Below, one piece after another: positions 41,612-55,877 of a stretch of 64,000 bases of DNA. The stretch lies in contig CAUVXB020000002.1 of the NCBI GenBank assembly GCA_963555825.3, positions 576,001 through 640,000 on the forward strand, read 5' to 3'. Position 1 is the stretch's first letter, and every line of letters begins with the position of its first letter. This DNA is from Alphaproteobacteria bacterium. GTDB lineage: Bacteria > Pseudomonadota > Alphaproteobacteria > JAAXGF01. A model generated the notes under the pieces. The model was not told the DNA's origin, did no database searches, and was given only the letters and a program-made list of their open reading frames with translations. A program made the translations under genes and the position numbers.

Positions 41612-43921
41612 TTACCGGCTCCCGGCAATGCCGCCGCCGCGCCGCGGCCCCGCGCCGATCCGCAAACCGCCCACCCGCGAGATGGCGCCGGCGGCAGCAC
41701 CTCCGACCCGCTCGCCGCCGTCCTCGCCCGTACTGCCTCTGCCGCCGATCCAGTCGAGGACGGCCGAGGGCAGCAGGTCGATGAGCTTGAACGAGGCGTT
41801 CATCAGCCCGTAGGCGATCATCACGTAGAGGGTGAGCATGGCGAGGAAGCCGATGGGACCGAGGCCGCCCGACGCGCCCGCGTCGCGCATCTGCGGCAGC
41901 CAGACCTCGTTGAACAGCCCGATCCCGGCCAGGAACACGAAATAGCCCGCAATCAGGCCGAACAGCATCAGCGGCGGGCGCAGGATCAGCCCGGGCAGGA
42001 ACAGCCAGCCCAGGCGGGTGGCCTGTGTCGCGAGCCGGTTGCCGTCGCCGCGCGTCACATGGGCGGCGGCGAACACGGTGACGGCCAGTACCGCCACGGC
42101 GACGGTCACGATCCAGCCGAGGATGGCAAACAGGAAACGGATGAAGGGCAGTGCCGGCAGCAGGTAGGCGAGCACCGCGCCGGCCATCAGCAGGAGCCCG
42201 AGCACGGTGGAGACGAAGCCGTCGGCGACCTGCCAGACGGATTCGAACATATCGAGGCCCTTGCCGACGAAGGGCACGGATTCGAGCAGCCCCGATCCTG
42301 CCGCCGCACCCATCAGCGCGGCCGTGGCGGCCAGCGCCGCGTTCATCAGGCCGTGTCCGAGGGAAGCCAGATCAGCAATGGGATTGCCGCTGTCGGCGAC
42401 GATCACGCTGTCGAGGTCGATGAACTCCATCACCCCCGCCGCCATGCCGCCACCGCCCGGCGCGGGCAACGCGGCGGCGCCACTGGCAGCGGCGGAAAAC
42501 AGCATGGGCTGGTAGCCGCGCGACTGGACCAGGGCAGTCGTCAGTCCCTTGACGGCGGCATCGGCGGCGGGCGCCCATTGCCCCAGGCTCGGCGGCGGCA
42601 GGCTGACGCCCGGAATGTTATGAGCGGCGGCCTGGAACAGGCCGGTGCGGTGGGCGATGGTGTTGAAGAAGCTCGCGGCCGACATCCAGCTTGCCGCCTT
42701 GGCATCCTCGGCCACCACACGGGCAAGCTCCGCGCGTTCCTCGGAAGCGGCGCGGGCAAGCGCCGTATCGAGCACGCCCGCATAACGCTCGGCCAGGCCC
42801 CGGCCCTCAAGCAGGGCATCGAGATCGGGCAAGGGCCGGCCGTAGACGGGCGATCCGGTCACATAATGGCCGGCGAGATCGGTGGCGACGGCGCGGATCT
42901 CCGGCAGCAGCCCGGCCAGCGCGTTACGGTGCCCCTCGGCGGCGATGCCGCGTGCGCCTTCCGCCGCGAGCCCGGCGAAGCGGATCGCGCCGCACAGATC
43001 GCCCGGCATGCTGCGCCCGGCGCCGTCGTAATGCAGGATCCTCGCCCCGATGCGCCGGACCCGGACGGTTCCAGGGCTTTTGTAGGCCTCGTCGGACTCT
43101 CGGAGTTCTATATAGGGTGCATCCCCTGCGCGGGCGGCGCTGCCGTTGGCCGCATACCGGCAGGTCTCCAGGATCAGGGTTCGGGCGATGGCGGCGCGCC
43201 AGACCGTTTCACGGGGCCGGGGCGCGATGGGCTCGCCTTCGCCGAGCGCCTCTTCCGAGAACGGCTCCCAGACGGCGTTGGCGAAATCCCCTCCGAGATG
43301 GGCGAGGCCCACGACAGCGTGCTGGGCGCCGTTCATGCCGCCCGGCAGCGGCGCCATCAGGGCAACGGCGGCAACGATGCGCACGATCTCCCAGGCGCCG
43401 AAGCCGAAGCGGCCCTCGCGGGCGGTATCGAGGGTGCCGGCCACCGTGTGCCAGACCAGCAGGAACCCCGCCAGCGCCAGCACACCGCCGTTGAAGACGA
43501 ACAGCATGCCGCCGAGCACGGAGCTGCGGCCCGCGCCGATATCGCCGAGAAAGGCCAGCACGTCCCGCGTAGCTTGGTCGGCATCGGCGAACAGGCCCCG
43601 GCCGATGGTCTGTGCCGCCGCCGGTTCCGCCAGCAGCAGCCCCGCGATACCCGTGGCTGCGAGCACCGTTCCCGCGAGCAGGATCAGAAGGCCGATACAG
43701 GAAAGGGCACGCTTCCTCTCCGATAACCGCAACCTGTTTGCTTTTGGTGTGTTGGCTACCGCGTCGTCTTTCCCCGTCTCATGCGTCACGTTCGGTGCAG
43801 AATTGGCCGGCACCGGGAGCCGAAACGGCCACATCCTCCGGACCAGCTCGGCCGAAGACCGCACCGCATCCGTGAGCGGGCGAGTCAATTCCGGGGCGAA
43901 CAGGAAGCGGAGCGCGCTCAT
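41612..43921 (-). CDS. traY: DotA/TraY-family T4SS inner-membrane protein
   Basis: LRFLFAPEL N-terminus, FNGGVL, SWMSAASFF, YLLPALPFIRF, LRPPLMLFGL, PSAVLDWIG. Confidence 0.85.
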   Translation of the reverse strand: MSALRFLFAPELTRPLTDAVRSSAELVRRMWPFRLPVPANSAPNVTHETGKDDAVANTPKANRLRLSERKRALSCIGLLILLAGTVLAATGIAGLLLAEPAAAQTIGRGLFADADQATRDVLAFLGDIGAGRSSVLGGMLFVFNGGVLALAGFLLVWHTVAGTLDTAREGRFGFGAWEIVRIVAAVALMAPLPGGMNGAQHAVVGLAHLGGDFANAVWEPFSEEALGEGEPIAPRPRETVWRAAIARTLILETCRYAANGSAARAGDAPYIELRESDEAYKSPGTVRVRRIGARILHYDGAGRSMPGDLCGAIRFAGLAAEGARGIAAEGHRNALAGLLPEIRAVATDLAGHYVTGSPVYGRPLPDLDALLEGRGLAERYAGVLDTALARAASEERAELARVVAEDAKAASWMSAASFFNTIAHRTGLFQAAAHNIPGVSLPPPSLGQWAPAADAAVKGLTTALVQSRGYQPMLFSAAASGAAALPAPGGGGMAAGVMEFIDLDSVIVADSGNPIADLASLGHGLMNAALAATAALMGAAAGSGLLESVPFVGKGLDMFESVWQVADGFVSTVLGLLLMAGAVLAYLLPALPFIRFLFAILGWIVTVAVAVLAVTVFAAAHVTRGDGNRLATQATRLGWLFLPGLILRPPLMLFGLIAGYFVFLAGIGLFNEVWLPQMRDAGASGGLGPIGFLAMLTLYVMIAYGLMNASFKLIDLLPSAVLDWIGGRGSTGEDGGERVGGAAAGAISRVGGLRIGAGPRRGGGIAGSR

Positions 43922-43926
43922 GGCGG

Positions 43927-45078
43927 TCAGTTCGCTCCGGCGGCCGGGTTGGCGAGGCCGGGCAGAAGGCGCATGCCTTCGGCAGCCAACGCCAGCCCAG
44001 TGGCGCCGATGGCGCCACGCCGTTCATCGAGCCGGTAGCGGCGCCAGTCGAGCATCAGCGAGACCGCTTGCAGGGTGACCAGCTCGCGCAGCAGGTTCTC
44101 CTGGCTCATCGCTTGCAGACCGACGAACCAGCCGGGGTTCTCGAACCGGCGGCTGGCGAGCAGCTCCAGAAGCTCATAGCGGCTGACCGGGGTTGCCGCA
44201 TTGCGTCCCGGCGCGGCCAGAGCGGCCCAGGCTCCGAGCGCGGCGCCCGGTGCGCGCAATGCGCGGGCATGGGCGAAGTAGTCGCCGGCCAGCGCGGCGC
44301 GGGCGTCGGCGGAGCGGGCGAGCAGGATGCGGCGGCGCTCCTGATCGGTCTCGGCGGAGGCCAGCGCCGGCGGGTCGTGCACCACGGGGACGGCGAGATT
44401 GCGCGACAGCTCGACCGCCGTGCGCAGTTCCGCTTCGTTCGCGAAGGTGCGCCGGTCGAACAGGTTTCCGGCTTTGAGATCGGCGGCGTGGAGCGCATCC
44501 CCGCCCCGGCAGAGCGCGGCATCCTCCCCGGCCCGCGCGCCGTTGCAATAGGTGCTCGTCAGGCTCTCGAAGCGGGCCGCGTTGCCGGCGGCGGCGCCGG
44601 CATCGGGAACGGCGGCGCGGTCGCCCGCGATACGCCCCGTCTCAGCGTCCGCGGCTCGCCCATAGGCGCTTTCGGCCGCTTGCCGTGCCGCGGCAAGCCC
44701 AGCCAGGCCGGTGATGGCGGCGCAGCCGCTGTCCGTCGGCCGGCGGGCGCGCATGGCCCTGGTTTCCTCGACCTCGCGGGCGATCTGCGCCTGAAGCTTG
44801 GTCTGGGCGTCGAGCGCGCCGGTCACCGCCTTGGCGCTTTGCGCCGCATAACCCGAGAGCTGGCCCGTTTGCAGGCGCAGCGCCTCGACGATCGTGGCTT
44901 CCATGACGTCGATTTCACGGGTGAGACCGGCGAGCACGCGGCTCGCCTCGGCCCGGTCGTTGTCGGTCGGATCGCACGGCGAATGGGCGTGCGCGGGCGG
45001 AACCGCCAACCTTGCGGTCAGCGCCGTGGCAAGGATCACGGCATGGAAGACCGTGCGGCAACGAACGGGGGTACTCAT
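43927..45078 (-). CDS. TraW-like secreted conjugal transfer protein
   Basis: Signal peptide, Cys spacing, RRFENPGW...ENLLRE; position upstream of traY. Confidence 0.6.
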   Translation of the reverse strand: MSTPVRCRTVFHAVILATALTARLAVPPAHAHSPCDPTDNDRAEASRVLAGLTREIDVMEATIVEALRLQTGQLSGYAAQSAKAVTGALDAQTKLQAQIAREVEETRAMRARRPTDSGCAAITGLAGLAAARQAAESAYGRAADAETGRIAGDRAAVPDAGAAAGNAARFESLTSTYCNGARAGEDAALCRGGDALHAADLKAGNLFDRRTFANEAELRTAVELSRNLAVPVVHDPPALASAETDQERRRILLARSADARAALAGDYFAHARALRAPGAALGAWAALAAPGRNAATPVSRYELLELLASRRFENPGWFVGLQAMSQENLLRELVTLQAVSLMLDWRRYRLDERRGAIGATGLALAAEGMRLLPGLANPAAGAN

Positions 45079-45614
45079 TGCCCACCTCCCAGGATGCTGC
45101 GGAAGCGTTCGGCGTTGACCCCACTGTCTTGCAGGATGTTGCCGTTCCGGGCGTCGGTATCGAGCCCCGGCAGGCGGTGCAGACCCGGCAACCGGGGCAG
45201 CCGTGACGTATAGACCGAGGCGTCCAGCGTGCGCCCGACATAGCCGCGGTAGGTGTTCCGCGCGATCTCACAGACCCGGCGCTGCGCGAGACCGAGGATT
45301 TCCTCGAGCGCGCGGCCGGGATCGAACAGCACGTCGAAGGCCCGGTAGTTGAAGAGGTCCTCCAGGCAGGAGAAGTCGAGGATCGAGTCCGGATCGCGAA
45401 TACCCTGATCGGGATTGCGGATAACGGCGAGATCCTGCTCGACGCCCCGCGCGGCGCTCGCCGCCAGCGCCTCGCGGATCCCGGGATCGCAGCCCGCTTC
45501 AAGTGCGGCGGGCGGCGGCGCCTGGGCCAGGGCCGGCGAGACTCCGGGAACGGAGGCGAGCACCGGCGCCAGAAGCGCCAGTGCCGCGAGCGCGAGACCC
45601 GCGCGCCCGTTCAT
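45075..45614 (-). CDS. TraV-like secreted conjugal transfer protein
   Basis: Signal peptide, GCDP and FSCL...VC; overlaps both neighbours. Confidence 0.55.
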   Translation of the reverse strand: MNGRAGLALAALALLAPVLASVPGVSPALAQAPPPAALEAGCDPGIREALAASAARGVEQDLAVIRNPDQGIRDPDSILDFSCLEDLFNYRAFDVLFDPGRALEEILGLAQRRVCEIARNTYRGYVGRTLDASVYTSRLPRLPGLHRLPGLDTDARNGNILQDSGVNAERFRSILGGGQ

Positions 45615-46102
45615 CACTGCCCCCCGAGCCCTAAAGCGCCGTCCGGTACCACGCCATTGGCCTCCCCGGCTGGTGCGGGCGTGCCGGTGGTCTCGCCGGG
45701 ATCCTCGTTTTCCACCACCTCGCCCACGTCTTCCACGTCTTCCACGCGGCCGTCGTCCTGGCGCGGGGACAGCACGTTGACGCGGCCTTGCGGTCCCGCG
45801 ACGACGATTTCCGTAACCCGGCGGCTTTCGCCCTTCTTGTCCTGATATTCGTGGCTGGTAATGCGCCCTTCGATCAGCAGCGCGGCACCCTTGCGGATCA
45901 ACTTTTCGACTGCCGCGACGGCGGCGCCGAACACAACGATCCGGTGCCACTGGGTGGCCTCACCCGTCCCGCCGTCCTGGCGCCGCCATTTATCCGTGGT
46001 GGCCAGACTGAATGTGGCGGTTTTGTCGCCGCTCTTCATCGTGCGGATCTGGGGGTCGCGCCCCGCGTGGCCCAGCAACATCACCCGGTTCATGTTCAAC
46101 AT
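45614..46102 (-). CDS. ssb: Single-stranded DNA-binding protein
   Basis: NRVMLLGHAGRDP, FSLAT, QWHRIVVFG, KGAALLIEG; lacks the DDIPF tail. Confidence 0.92.
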   Translation of the reverse strand: MLNMNRVMLLGHAGRDPQIRTMKSGDKTATFSLATTDKWRRQDGGTGEATQWHRIVVFGAAVAAVEKLIRKGAALLIEGRITSHEYQDKKGESRRVTEIVVAGPQGRVNVLSPRQDDGRVEDVEDVGEVVENEDPGETTGTPAPAGEANGVVPDGALGLGGQ

Positions 46103-46105
46103 CGT

Positions 46106-46667
46106 TTATTCCTCCGTTTCGGTTGATTGGCTGGCCGGTACGGACCGGCCGGTGGAAACCGCCGCGGCCGGATCATCACCGGCCGGCTTGAAGGCGGATT
46201 CGGTGGTTTCGGCTGCCAGCGCGAGCTCCGCCGCGAGGCGGTCGAGCACGTCTTCCTCGGTGGCGCCGGCACGGATGCCCGCCGCCGCAAGGCGGCCAAG
46301 CTCGGCGCCGATGCGGGCACGCGCGGTCCCCGTGGGGAAGGCCCGGGCCAGCACGGCCCGCGCTTTGGCCGGGGCCAGCCGCGCCTGAAGACGCGACCGC
46401 AGCGCCACGTCGGCGGGGCTGGTGGTCAGCGCCCAAAGTTCGGCCGGTCCCGGCGTATTGACGACCAGTTGCTCAAAGCGCCCGCGCGCATCGCTGGCGA
46501 TAAGAAGTACCGGCGCGCCGTCCCTGCCGGGTCCCGGCAGGCGGTAGCGGATGGCGTCCTGGAGGGTCTCGCTCAGTGCGAATATCCCGGACAGCGCCTC
46601 GATCTCACGGGCCTTGCCGCCCGCGCCGAGGATCCAGTAGCGGTTGGCAAGCTCGGTCAGCGCGCCG
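46106..46667 (-). pseudogene. traU: C-terminal part of TraU/IcmB(DotO) ATPase, truncated by IS3
   Basis: NTPGPAELWALTTSPADVALRSRL...LARAFPTG. Confidence 0.7.
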
Positions 46668-48175
46668 TGTCTGACGTCAGCGCCTTTGGGACGAATTGAG
46701 GTAATTGCATAACGGAGGATTTCTGGCTCATCGTAGTGACCGAAGGGAACGAAGATGAGACAGAAATCAATGAGCAAGAACGACCCGGCGGAGAGAACGG
46801 TTCGGGATATTCGGCGCAAGACACGCAAGCAGTATACGGCTGAGGAGAAGATCCGGATCGTGGTGTCGGGCCTGCGCGGCGAGGAGAGCATCGCCGCCTT
46901 GTGCCGCCGCGAGGGCATCGCCGAGGGTCTGTATTACAGCTGGTCGAAAGAGTTTTTGGAAGCGGGCAAGAAGCGGCTCGCCGGCGACACCGGGCGCCAA
47001 GCGACCTCGGGCGAGGTTAAAGGCCTGCGCCAGGAGATGCGCGACTTGAAGGAGTTGGTCGCCGAACTTTCGCTGGAGAACCGTCTTCTCAAAAAAAACA
47101 TGATCGGGCATGGGGGAGGCGAGGAATGAGGTATCCCGCATCCGAGAAGCTGGAGATCATCCGCCTGGTCGAGCAGTCCCACCTGGGCGTCGGGTCCACT
47201 TTGGACAAGCTGGGCATTCCGAAGACCACCTTTTATCGCTGGTACGATCGCTTTCTGGCCTTTGGCGACGCCGGTCTTGAGGATCGCAACAGCAGCCCGG
47301 GCCGGGTGTGGAACCGGATCCCGGATGATGTCCGGGGGCAGATCATCGATCTTGCCCTGGAGGAGACGCAACTGTCGCCCCGGGAACTGGCCGTCAGGTT
47401 TACGGACACCAGGGGCTACTTTGTCTCGGAAGCCTCGGTTTACCGGCTTCTCAAGGCCCACGGCCTGATCACCAGCCCCGCTTTCGTGGTCATCAAGGCA
47501 GCCGATGAGTTCCGCGACAAGACCACGGCGCCGAACCAGCTGTGGCAGACCGACTTCACCTATCTCAAGGTCATCGGCTGGGGCTGGTTTTACCTGTCGA
47601 CCATCCTGGACGACTATTCCCGCTACATAATTGCTTGGAAGCTCTGCACCAACATGACGGCGGACGATGTGACGGCAACACTGAAGTTGGCGCTAGAAGC
47701 CTCAGGCTGCAATCGCGCCAATGTCGTCCACAAGCCGAGGCTGCTCAGCGACAACGGCTCGTCCTATATCTCCGGCGATCTGGCTGAATGGCTCGAGGAC
47801 CACGGTATGGATCACGTTCGGGGCGCACCGTATCACCCGCAAACCCAGGGCAAGATCGAGCGCTGGCATCAAACGCTGAAGAACCGGATCCTGCTTGAAA
47901 ATTATTATCTGCCCGTCGGCATCGCTGTCTTCATCGCCTTCGTCGATCACTACAACAACCAACGCTACCACGAGAGCATAGGCAACGTAACTCCAGCCGA
48001 CGCCTACTTTGGACGCCACACCGCCATCATCGAAAAGAGAAAAAAGATCAAAAACTGACCACCCAAAACCGCCGCTTGAACCATCAACGCCAAGCGGCTT
48101 AACATCAAACAAAGATGAGCCATATCCTCCCTTATGAAACACGCTCAACAGTCCCATTTGTTTTGATGACGGACA
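46668..48175 (+). mobile_element. IS3-family element (orfA 46755-47129, orfB 47126-48058)
   Basis: TG...CA ends; A8C slippery run at 47091; WQTDFT, SDNG, GKIERW; no TSD; orfB 3' end degenerate. Confidence 0.9.
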
Positions 48176-48513
48176 CGAGCGCGGCGCACGGGACCGCTAT
48201 TTTGTCGATATCTATGAGGATATGGCATACGTCACGATCTCCTACGATCCACCGAGACCCTGGCCGTTCCGTTGGGAGCGCAACCGGATGCGCGGCGAGA
48301 TCCGGCTCGACCTTGTCGCGTTCCGACACGCAGTCAGTCATGGTCAGTCCGTGCTCGAAAGACGACTACCGAAGGGAGAAATGCTATTGACCGAGAACGG
48401 CGGCTAAGGCGTGCCGCAAGAGATCGTGCTGCCGACTTCGACAATTTAGTTTCTGGGTGGCAACATCGCTTGCCCAAATAAATCAGGCACGTATATGCGT
48501 TTCCTTTACGGTG

Positions 48514-50272
<1,759 letters not shown>

Positions 50273-50633
50273 TCAACCGACAGTCTTCAGATGCCCGTTC
50301 GGACGACTCCCACAGCACTCTCTCGTCAGGTCCATGAACAGCTGGATTGCATTCGCCACCAACTGGCTTCTTTGCTGATGCCCAACGCCCTTCTCCCGGA
50401 ACGTATGACCACGGATGAGTGCCTCGGCGAAGTGATGGAGTCCTTCCCCAGCAGGCTGATGACGCATGCCGGCTTCCCATGGCCACACAGAGAGTATACG
50501 TTGACCACCGTTCGGGACGTTATCTGACGAATATCCACTCAAGTTCATTCGTGGCGTCGGCCCCCTGGGATGTCGAAAAAGACGGTTGCGTACTTTCCAA
50601 GGCTGATAGCGCGCTTTTTCAAGAGGCAATCAG

Positions 50634-50990
50634 ATGCAGGTAAACCAGGAGAAAATTAAGCTAGCTCTGGGGGGTGCTGTTGGTGGTGGAATTGTATTGG
50701 CCATCATCGGATTCAGTTGGGCTGGATGGGTTACAGCGGGTACTGCTCAGGAAATGGCGAGGCAAATGGCTGATGACGCCGTCGTCGCCCGATTGGCGCC
50801 GATTTGTGTCGAGCAGTTTAACCAAGTATCGGAGAAAGATGAGAAGCTCAAAATGTTGAACGAAACAGATTCCTGGCAGAGAGGTGACTTTGTAGTAAAA
50901 CAGGGTTGGGCCACAATGCCTGGCGAAAAGGAAGCCGACAGCGCGGTTGCTGTAAAATGTGCGGTATTGCTTGCGGAACTCGGTCAGTAG
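50634..50990 (+). CDS. Conserved hypothetical membrane-anchored protein
   Basis: RBS GAGG; TM plus IGFSWAGWVT, ICVEQF, GWATMPG...C. Confidence 0.75.
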   Translation: MQVNQEKIKLALGGAVGGGIVLAIIGFSWAGWVTAGTAQEMARQMADDAVVARLAPICVEQFNQVSEKDEKLKMLNETDSWQRGDFVVKQGWATMPGEKEADSAVAVKCAVLLAELGQ

Positions 50991-51127
50991 ACATCCTCTG
51001 TCCTTCGCTTCCGCGGACCTGTATCAATCGGCATTCGGCAGTGCTAGCAGCCTGTCGGACTTGAGCCGGGAGTCGAAATAGGATTCGATGGTATCAGTTG
51101 ATTTGCCCGCGCGTGATGGAGGCCGTC

Positions 51128-52486
51128 ATGAGCAATTTCCGACCGGTCGACCGGGAGACGGGGTTTCTGCTGCCGCCGTCGGTGGAGGAATGGCTTCCCG
51201 AGCGGCATCTGGCGCGCTTCGTGGTCGAGGTGATCGAGCAGTTGGACCTCTCGGCGTTCGTGAAGGCCTATCGCGGCTCGGGCTCGGCGTCCTATCACCC
51301 GAGCATGCTGCTGGGGCTTCTGGTCTACGGCTATGCCACGGGGGTGTTTTCGAGCCGCAAGTTGGAGCGCGCGACCTATGATTCTGTCGCTTTCCGCTTC
51401 ATCGCGGCCAACGATCATCCCGACCACGATACCATCGCCGCGTTCCGGCGGCGTTTTCTCGACCGGATCGAAGGGCTGTTCGTCGAGGTGCTGCTGCTGG
51501 CCCGGGAAGCCGGGGTGCTGAAGCTCGGCACGGTGGCGCTGGACGGCACCAAGGTGCACGCCAACGCGAGCCGGCACAGCGCGCTGTCGTGGAAACACGC
51601 CTGCGAGCTCGAAGCCCGGTTGAAGGCCGAGGTGGCGGAGTTGATGGCGTTGGCGGAGGCGGCCGATGGGGCGGATGTGCCCGACGGGATGTCGGTGCCC
51701 GAGGAACTGGCCCGGCGCGAGGATCGTCTGGCCCGCATCGCCGAGGCCAAGGCGGTGATCGAGGCGCGGGCGCGCGAACGCCTTGAGCGGGAACGGGCCG
51801 AGTACGAGGCGAAGCTCGAGGCGCGCGCGGAGAAGGCCGAGAAGACGGGCCGCAAGCCGGGCGGCCGTCCACCCGAGCCGCCGGTGGCCGGGCCCGGGCC
51901 GAAGGACCAGGTCAATCTGACCGACGCGGACTCGCGCATCATGCCGGTGGCCGGCGGCGGCTTCGAACAGGCCTACAACGCCCAAGCCCTGGTGGCGGCC
52001 GACAGCCTGCTGGTGGTCACCAACGACGTGGTCCAGGCCCCCAACGACAAGCGACAAATCGAGCCGGCGCTGGAAGCGCTCGCCCGCCTTCCCGAGGCGC
52101 TGGGCGCGCCCGAGACCCTGCTGGCGGACAGCGGCTACTTCAGCGAGGCCAACGTGAACGCCTGCGCCGAGGCCGAGATCGCGCCGTTGATCACGCCCGG
52201 CCGGGAACGCCATCATCTCTCCTGGAAGGACCGCTTCGCCGGCGCGCCGCCGCCCCCGGAGAACCCGACGCCGCTGGAAGCGATGACACATCGACTGGCG
52301 ACGCCCGAGGGCCGGCAACTCTACGCCCTGCGCAAGCAAACGCCGGAACCGGTGTTCGGCATCATCAAATCGGCCATGGGCTTCCGCCAGTTCTCGCTAC
52401 GCGGCCTGGACAAGGTCACGGGCGAATGGAACCTGGTGACCCTGGCCTGGAACATAAAGAGAATGTTCACCTTGCAATACGCTTGA
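51128..52486 (+). CDS. IS1182-family transposase
   Basis: YHPSMLL, SSRKLE, PDHDTI, LDGTK, ADSGY, EPVFGIIK. Confidence 0.93.
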   Translation: MSNFRPVDRETGFLLPPSVEEWLPERHLARFVVEVIEQLDLSAFVKAYRGSGSASYHPSMLLGLLVYGYATGVFSSRKLERATYDSVAFRFIAANDHPDHDTIAAFRRRFLDRIEGLFVEVLLLAREAGVLKLGTVALDGTKVHANASRHSALSWKHACELEARLKAEVAELMALAEAADGADVPDGMSVPEELARREDRLARIAEAKAVIEARARERLERERAEYEAKLEARAEKAEKTGRKPGGRPPEPPVAGPGPKDQVNLTDADSRIMPVAGGGFEQAYNAQALVAADSLLVVTNDVVQAPNDKRQIEPALEALARLPEALGAPETLLADSGYFSEANVNACAEAEIAPLITPGRERHHLSWKDRFAGAPPPPENPTPLEAMTHRLATPEGRQLYALRKQTPEPVFGIIKSAMGFRQFSLRGLDKVTGEWNLVTLAWNIKRMFTLQYA

Positions 52487-52487
52487 G

Positions 52488-52655
52488 CAGGCGGCCGGAC
52501 TCCGTACCTCGCGAAAAGGAATAAGAGTATGCTCGCCTTGCGGCACGCGCGAGCAAGCGAACGTACTTCGTGCCCTCACGAGAGGGCATAAGAGTATACT
52601 CACCCTGCGGTACGCGCGGCCAAGCGACCGCACTCCGTGTCCTCACGAAAGGCGC
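52488..52655 (+). repeat. Degenerate 66-67 bp tandem repeat (about 2.5 units) in the IS1182 3' region
   Basis: Units start at 52488, 52554, 52621; shared CA(A/G)GCG, CCTC(A/G)CGA, ATAAGAGTAT. Confidence 0.8.
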
Positions 52656-52725
52656 TCGATCCCATGACCTCTCCACATCGCGATCCGTCCACACCCATTC
52701 TCGCGGACCTCAGTCCGACAGGCTG

Positions 52726-54070
<1,345 letters not shown>

Positions 54071-54071
54071 T

Positions 54072-55243
54072 TATACCATCGAGCATTGAAGGAGACTCAT
54101 TTAGGGGATTCCCAAACGGCAAGAAGTCTGAATCAATGAGGCGAACTGATACGGAGGTTCGCTATGGGCAGAGCGGTTGCGTTACGGGAAGATTTTGATG
54201 GTCCGGCGCTTCGGCGGTTAGCCAAGGCGTCGAAGGATGCTGGACAGAGCCGGCGGCTTCTTGCGCTGGCTGAGATTTACGATGGTGGCCGTCGCACGGA
54301 GGCGGCGCGGATCGGTACTGTCGGGCTCCAGGTGGTCCGTGACTGGGTTCTCCGTTTCAACGCCAAGGGGCCGGATGGTCTGATTGACGGCAAGGCGACA
54401 GGCAAGCCGGCCAAGCTCAATGACAGGCAGCGACAAGCGCTCGCTCGGCTTGTTGAGAGCGGACCGATTCCGGCGATCCACGGTGTCGTGCGTTGGCGCC
54501 GAAAGGACCTGGCGCATTGGATATTCGAAGAGTTCCGCATTTCGGTTGATGAGACGACGGTGGGCCGTGAATTGAGGGCGCTGGGGTTTCGCAAGATATC
54601 GGCGCGACCACGCCACAAGGGGCAGAACGAGTTTGCCGTCGAGGATTTTAAAAAAACTTCCCCGCCGGGTTGGGGGAGATCCGAGCCAGGCTCCCGGCCA
54701 ACACCGCGATAGAAATTTGGTGGCAAGATGAGGCCCGGGTCGGCCAGAAAACCATGCTCACCCGGCGCTGGGCGCGACGCGGCAGCCGACCCACGGCGCT
54801 CCGGGACCAACGCACGAAGTCGGCCTATATCTTTGGTGCCATCTGTCCCGCGCGCGGTGTCGGTGCGGGCCTTGTCCTGCCCCGCTGCAACACTCAGGCC
54901 ATGCAATGGCATCTTGATGAAATCTCGGCCCTGGTGACACCAGGCGCTCACGCTGTACTCATCATCGACCGGGCCGGATGGCACACCACCGGCAGGCTCG
55001 AGATCCCATCCAACATCACATTGATGTTCTTGCCACCAAGAGCGCCCGAGCTGAACCCCGTCGAAAACATATGGCAGTTCATGCGCGATAACTGGCTTTC
55101 CAACAGGATATTCAAGACCTACGACGATATCGTCGCGCTGTGTTGCGAAGCCTGGAACAGGCTCATCGATCAACCCTGGAAGATCATGTCGATCGGACGC
55201 CGAAAATGGGCCCATGGGTTCTGATTAATGCCCGTTGGTATTA
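54072..55243 (+). mobile_element. IS630-family element (54164-54712 plus 54670-55224, -1 frameshift)
   Basis: IR TACCATCGAGCATT / AATGCCCGTTGGTA with TA/TTA flanks; TTTAAAAAAAC slippery site; QDEARVG, DRAGWH, PELNPVE. Confidence 0.92.
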
Positions 55244-55835
55244 GCGCGCCGCCTTCACCGTTGGAATTTGGTGTGGGCCACTTGCTCCAGGTAGGCAACT
55301 GACCCACGAAGATGGGGACCGGGACCCGATAAGCGCCGGGAGCGCCGGAGAAGCCGTCGGCAGGGGCGGATCAAGGGCGAGGTGGAGATGTCGGCGAACC
55401 CGATCGGTGCCCACTAGGTCGACCGTAATATGGCCGACTGCGGGGCGAACCGACAGGCGGTGATCCCCGGACGGTAAATTGGGCGTGCCAGGGACATGGA
55501 AGATCGACCTGTAATTCCTGACCTTGGCACGCCCCCCGGATCTTCGAAGAAATTCTTCCCGCATAAGAGTGAATTTTTTGAGCCTAACAGGGAATTCTTG
55601 GCCCGGAACCGGGAATTTGCGATCTCTGCTTGCAGGTACGCGGTTGGTCCCGTGCCATCACTCACTCGCTGGGCAGAATTTACGGCGCTTTTGACATTGG
55701 AGAGCAAGTTCCGCACCCGGGGGAATGTTCGGTAATAACACTTCCATGGGTGGGTCCTACGCGCACCGTCGCATGCCCGTCACCCGGACTTTCCCGGGCG
55801 CCAATGAAGACGCTGGGCCGTGAAAACGGAGACCC

Positions 55836-55877
55836 TGTTTACAAGATTACCCTGTTCTTGGTTTACAAGATCACCCT
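55836..55877 (+). repeat. Direct repeat GTTTACAAGAT(T/C)ACCCTG x2 upstream of the SNF2 operon
   Basis: Two near-identical 17-mers about 25 bp apart. Confidence 0.55.

Larger units (their letters stand above)
51048..52725 (+). mobile_element. IS1182-family element
   Basis: IR CAGCCTGTCGGACT / AGTCCGACAGGCTG; CTAG target duplication that overlaps the rpoD stop codon. Confidence 0.93.

Noticed and set aside
41576-45213. 716-aa and 381-aa plus-strand ORFs
   Set aside because: Antisense shadows of traY and the traW-like gene
52488-52655. Possible mini CRISPR array
   Set aside because: Whole units are homologous, with no unique spacers and no cas genes
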